A DNA stretch of 64,000 nt from an uncultured bacterium (GTDB lineage Bacteria > Pseudomonadota > Alphaproteobacteria > SMXQ01): positions 603 through 64,602 of the forward strand of contig CBDUSV010000001.1 in the NCBI GenBank assembly GCA_965369885.1, in the 5' to 3' direction. Positions 60,351 through 64,000 of this stretch are shown piece by piece. Numbering within the stretch: position 1 is the first letter of the stretch; each line of letters opens with the position of its first letter. The notes under the pieces were generated by a model. It was not told where the DNA came from and ran no database searches. It saw nothing but the letters and a program-made list of their open reading frames with translations. The translations under genes were made by a program, and so were the position numbers.

Positions 60351-61457
60351 TCAGCCGGCGTCCTTCATGAAATCATCCAGCGCGTCGGCGACCGCGTGCA
60401 TTTCCGCCTCAATCCCGATGGTGATGCGCAAGCCCTGCCCCAAGCCGTATTTTCCGAGGCGGCGCACGATAATGCCGCGGCTCTTGAGAAAACCGTCGGC
60501 GGCGGCGGCATCCCGCGAGCCATCCCCGGGGAAACACACCAGCAGGAAATTTCCGGCGCTGGGCGCGACCTCAAGGCCGGCCTCGGCCAGGCGCCCGGCA
60601 AGCCAGGCGCGCCAGACCTGGTTGTGACGCTTAGCCGCTTCGGTGAATTCGACGTCCTCAACAGCCGCGATCCCGGCCGCCAGGGTCGGCGCGGTGACGC
60701 TGAACGGCATGCGCAGGCGGTTGAGGATATCGACCACCGGCGCCGGCGCGTAGGCCCAACCGAGACGCAAGCCCCCGAGGGCGAAGATCTTCGAAAAGGT
60801 GCGGGTCATCACCACATTGGCGCCGTCATCGACCAGATCGATGCCCGGCGAATAGTCATCATCGGTGACGAATTCGGCGTAGGCGGAATCGATCACCAGG
60901 AGGACATTTCCGGGCAGCCCTTTGCGCAGACGGCGCAACTCCCCGGCATCGAGGTAGCTCCCGGTCGGGTTGTTGGGATTGGCGAGATACAAAATCCGCG
61001 TGCGGGCGGTGACCTTTCCGAGCAGTTGGTCGACATCGGCCTTGAGGCCGGTCTCGGGCGCGGCAATGGGCTGGGCGCCGACCGAGCGCGCCATGATCGC
61101 ATACATCAAAAAGCCATGCTCTGTGTGGATCACCTCGTCGCCGTCGCCGGCATAGGCCCGGGCGAGCAGGCACAACAGCTCGTCGGAGCCGGCGCCGCAG
61201 ACGATACGTGCTTCATCGAGGCCGAAGCGCTGGGCGATGGCGCGGCGCAGCCCGGAGGCGTGCCCGTCGGGATAGCGGTGGATCTCCGCCGCCGCCGCCT
61301 GGTAGGCCGCGACCGCGCGCGGGCTGGGCCCCAAGGCGCCTTCGTTGGACGACAGCTTGATCACGCGCTCATGGTGTTCGATGGTGGATTCGCCGCCTTC
61401 GTAGGGCTCGATGTCCTCGATCCCCGGGCGCGGTGTGATGGCGGGTGCAGCGGTCAT
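60351..61457 (-). CDS. hisC: Histidinol-phosphate aminotransferase
   Basis: The protein has a class II aminotransferase fold. The start was taken at the internal ATG of a longer track ORF. Confidence 0.85.
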   Translation of the reverse strand: MTAAPAITPRPGIEDIEPYEGGESTIEHHERVIKLSSNEGALGPSPRAVAAYQAAAAEIHRYPDGHASGLRRAIAQRFGLDEARIVCGAGSDELLCLLARAYAGDGDEVIHTEHGFLMYAIMARSVGAQPIAAPETGLKADVDQLLGKVTARTRILYLANPNNPTGSYLDAGELRRLRKGLPGNVLLVIDSAYAEFVTDDDYSPGIDLVDDGANVVMTRTFSKIFALGGLRLGWAYAPAPVVDILNRLRMPFSVTAPTLAAGIAAVEDVEFTEAAKRHNQVWRAWLAGRLAEAGLEVAPSAGNFLLVCFPGDGSRDAAAADGFLKSRGIIVRRLGKYGLGQGLRITIGIEAEMHAVADALDDFMKDAG

Positions 61458-62347
61458 GGCCGCCCCCCGGACGCACCCTCGGATGCCATGTCGTCGCGCC
61501 CCAGCGGCGCCGCATAGGCGCCGAGGACGTGGATGGCGGTCACCATCTCGCCGAGATTCACCGCGAGATGGCTGATCCTCGACTCCCCGGCGACGACAAA
61601 GCCCTCGCACTCTATCAGGTGGAGCCAGCCCGACCGTTCCGGGGTTCCGGGACGTTCCACCAAGAACAGGGGATTAAGCCCGGCGGCTGCGAAATTCTCG
61701 CTCAGTTTTGCCCGGCTGATTTCGTCATCGGTCTCGATCACCACCATCGAGCGGTCATCATCGGTGGGCTCCGGGCTCATCATGGCGATGGCCAGCGCCT
61801 TGGGCTCCTCGCCGCCGGCTCTGGGATCGGGGGCGAAGGGGATGCGGGCGATGATTTGCGGGCCGGTGTCGGCGGCCGCGAGCAACAGCGGCCACCAGGG
61901 CTCGGCGTCATCTTCGGTGGGAAACGGCAGCACCGCCACCGTGGCCTCTCCCGCCACCACGTCGCGCACCGCCTCGCTGGCGGAATTGCACATGGTGACA
62001 GGGGTGTGGCTGCCATATTGGTCACGCGCCAGATTGAGGCATTCGGCGCCTTCCGGGTCGAACACGGCCATGGAAAACGGTCCTTGCAGGCGCACCAGGG
62101 ACGACATGATCTCACGCCAGATCCGCACCAGATCACGGCGGGCAAAGGCGCCGGCGTGGCGTTTTACCAGGCGGCGCAGGACCTGGGCCTCGCGGGCGGG
62201 GCGCAGAAACGGCCCGGCGCCATCGCCCTTGACGGCGCCGATCCGTTCCGCCACCTCAACCCGGCGCATCAACAGATCGTGGATGTCGTCGTCGATATCG
62301 TCGATCGCGCGACGCAACTCCTCGAGGGATTCGGGGGAAGGTTCCAT
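61454..62347 (-). CDS. Chorismate mutase (AroQ class) with additional C-terminal domain
   Basis: The protein has an N-terminal CM_2-like helical segment (…LEELRRAIDDIDDDIHDLLMRR…). It overlaps the hisC start by 4 nt. Confidence 0.6.
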   Translation of the reverse strand: MEPSPESLEELRRAIDDIDDDIHDLLMRRVEVAERIGAVKGDGAGPFLRPAREAQVLRRLVKRHAGAFARRDLVRIWREIMSSLVRLQGPFSMAVFDPEGAECLNLARDQYGSHTPVTMCNSASEAVRDVVAGEATVAVLPFPTEDDAEPWWPLLLAAADTGPQIIARIPFAPDPRAGGEEPKALAIAMMSPEPTDDDRSMVVIETDDEISRAKLSENFAAAGLNPLFLVERPGTPERSGWLHLIECEGFVVAGESRISHLAVNLGEMVTAIHVLGAYAAPLGRDDMASEGASGGRP

Positions 62348-62506
62348 ATCACACCCGGGTGCCGAGTTCAGGGGCCAAGATTAGGGGGTCAAAATCAGGG
62401 GGGAGTCATAGTCTCCCACGCCCCCAAAATCAAAGAAAACGTTGATTGTTTTGCCCCTGGCCCCTAGCTACTGTGTCCGCCTATTGCAAGGAAATGGCCA
62501 AGGATT

Positions 62507-63688
62507 ATGCCGCAAGACACCGGAACCACCAGTCCCGAGACCTTTGATGTGTCCGGCTTCAAGGTCGAACTTGGGGGCGAGACCCCGCTTAGGCTCGACT
62601 GTGGCGTCGATCTCGGCCCCTTCACCGTCGCCTACCAGACCTATGGCAGCCTGAATGCCGAAAAATCCAACGCCATTCTGGTCTGCCATGCCCTGACCGG
62701 GGATCAATTCCTCGCCGGCGATAACCCGGTGTCGGGACGCAAGGGATGGTGGGACCTGCTGGTCGGCGCCGGCAAACCCCTGGATACCGAGCGCTATTTC
62801 GTCATCGGTTGCAACATCTTAGGCAGTTGTATGGGCACGGTAGGCCCCAAGGAGGACAACCCGGCCACCGGCAAGCCCTATGGGCTCGATTTCCCGGTCA
62901 TCACCATCGGGGACATGGTCAAGGCCCAGAAACTCCTGATCGACCATCTCGGCATCGATCAGCTGTTCTGTGTCATCGGCGGCTCCATGGGCGGCATGCA
63001 GGTTCTCGACTGGGTGGCGCGCTACCCGGACCGGGTGTTCTCGGCGGTGCCGATCGCGACGGCGGCGCGGACCTCGACCCAGAATATCGCCTTCCACGAG
63101 GTCGGCCGCCAGGCCATCATGGCCGACCCGAATTGGTGCGGCGGCGACTATCTCAACCAGGGCAAGCGGCCCCACCGGGGCCTGGCGGTGGCGCGCATGG
63201 GGGCGCATATCACCTATCTGTCGGAAAAGTCCCTGCACCAGAAATTCGGCCGCAACCTTCAGGACCGCAAGGACTTTACCTACGGGTTCGACGCCGATTT
63301 CCAGATCGAAAGCTATCTGCGCCACCAGGGCAGCACCTTCGTCGATCGTTTCGACGCCAATTCGTACCTCTATATCACCCGGGCCCAGGACTATTTCGAC
63401 CTCGCCGCCGAATATGGCGGGGTGCTGGCCGATGCCTTCCGCGGCACCCGGACCCGATTCTGCGTCATCTCGTTCACCAGCGACTGGATGTTCCCGACCG
63501 CCGACAACCGCGAGATCGTCCATGCCTTGAATGCCGTCGCCGCCAATGTCAGTTTCGTCGAAATCGAGACCGATCTCGGCCATGATTCCTTCCTGATGGA
63601 TTTCCCCGAGTATCACAGGACCCTGGCGGGTTTCCTTGATGGCGCGCTCCGGACGCGCACATACCCGGTGGCCGGGGGTAAGCCCTGA
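62507..63688 (+). CDS. metX: Homoserine O-acetyltransferase
   Basis: The protein has an alpha/beta-hydrolase fold with the nucleophile motif GGSMGG. It is paired with metW. Confidence 0.9.
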   Translation: MPQDTGTTSPETFDVSGFKVELGGETPLRLDCGVDLGPFTVAYQTYGSLNAEKSNAILVCHALTGDQFLAGDNPVSGRKGWWDLLVGAGKPLDTERYFVIGCNILGSCMGTVGPKEDNPATGKPYGLDFPVITIGDMVKAQKLLIDHLGIDQLFCVIGGSMGGMQVLDWVARYPDRVFSAVPIATAARTSTQNIAFHEVGRQAIMADPNWCGGDYLNQGKRPHRGLAVARMGAHITYLSEKSLHQKFGRNLQDRKDFTYGFDADFQIESYLRHQGSTFVDRFDANSYLYITRAQDYFDLAAEYGGVLADAFRGTRTRFCVISFTSDWMFPTADNREIVHALNAVAANVSFVEIETDLGHDSFLMDFPEYHRTLAGFLDGALRTRTYPVAGGKP

Positions 63689-63690
63689 TC

Positions 63691-64000
63691 ATGAGTTCCG
63701 ATGCCTCCATCCAACGCTGGCAAACCGCCCCGCCGGACAGCATCCGCGCCGATCTGCAGTTGGTGGCGGATCTGGTGCAAGAGGGAAGCCGGGTGCTGGA
63801 TGTCGGCTGCGGCGACGGCGCGCTGCTCGACCACCTGACCCAGTACAAGGGCGTCGACGGCCGCGGCATCGAGATCAATGCGGCCCGGGTCAATGCCTGC
63901 GTCAGCCAGGGCCTGTCGGTGATCCAGGGCGACGCCGAAACCGACCTCAAGGACTACCCGTCCGAGGCCTTCGACTATGTCATCCTTGGCCTGACCCTGC
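63691..64000 (+). CDS. metW: Methionine biosynthesis protein MetW, 3'-truncated by the window edge
   Basis: The gene is not in the ORF track. Manual translation from ATG 63691 gives MSSDASIQRWQ…SRVLDVGCGDGALLDHL…, a MetW-type SAM-MTase-like N-terminus. It starts 2 nt after the metX stop. Confidence 0.8.
   Translation, partial: MSSDASIQRWQTAPPDSIRADLQLVADLVQEGSRVLDVGCGDGALLDHLTQYKGVDGRGIEINAARVNACVSQGLSVIQGDAETDLKDYPSEAFDYVILGLTL

Overview
This 64 kb window is a high-GC (about 65%) alphaproteobacterial chromosomal segment made up mostly of housekeeping genes in conserved synteny blocks. I could support about 64 protein-coding genes. I found no rRNA, no tRNA, no CRISPR array, and no transposase, integrase or terminal inverted repeat. 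Coordinates of non-ORF motifs were read by hand and may be off by 1-2 bp. Order and taxonomy are inferred from gene content only.

Conserved synteny blocks (strand in brackets):
- glnD (5' truncated) - murJ - trpS [+]
- tsaB - rimI [+]
- miaB - phoH - ybeY - corC - lnt, then an XRE regulator, metK and trmB [+]
- rimP - nusA - ylxR-like - infB - rbfA - truB - rpsO - pnp [+]
- coaBC - dut [-]
- ubiE - ubiB [-], divergent from mutM [+]
- ftsE - ftsX, followed by a DUF218 gene and a PlsC-family acyltransferase [+]
- nrdJ [+]
- chorismate mutase - hisC - tyrC [-]
- metX - metW (3' truncated) [+]

Lineage-specific or accessory-looking modules sit between these blocks:
- tauE / TIGR02186-like / usp operon, then an Nfu-type Fe-S scaffold gene behind a 375-bp repeat-rich leader.
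- A cell-wall cluster: Bax-like glucosaminidase, polysaccharide deacetylase and a VanX-type D-Ala-D-Ala dipeptidase.
- A low-GC island carrying a TusA-like gene, a MucR/Ros regulator and a Fur-family regulator, just upstream of olsBA (ornithine lipid synthesis).
- An Irr-like regulator followed by rubrerythrin, an HdrD/GlpC-like Fe-S protein and a DUF3501 gene, with an Irr-box (ICE) and a second perfect palindrome in the leader.
- A minus-strand operon of Rrf2 - cysK - moeB - DsrE-like - SH3, directly downstream of coaBC-dut.
- A roughly 3.5 kb insertion of two flavin monooxygenases and a small membrane protein between ubiB and coaBC.

The most interesting candidates for undescribed biology are the Irr-box-controlled rubrerythrin/Fe-S/DUF3501 operon, the insertion of two flavin monooxygenases and a small membrane protein co-oriented with the ubiquinone genes ubiE-ubiB (the FAD monooxygenase lies 57 bp downstream of ubiB), and the cysK - moeB - DsrE-like sulfur module.
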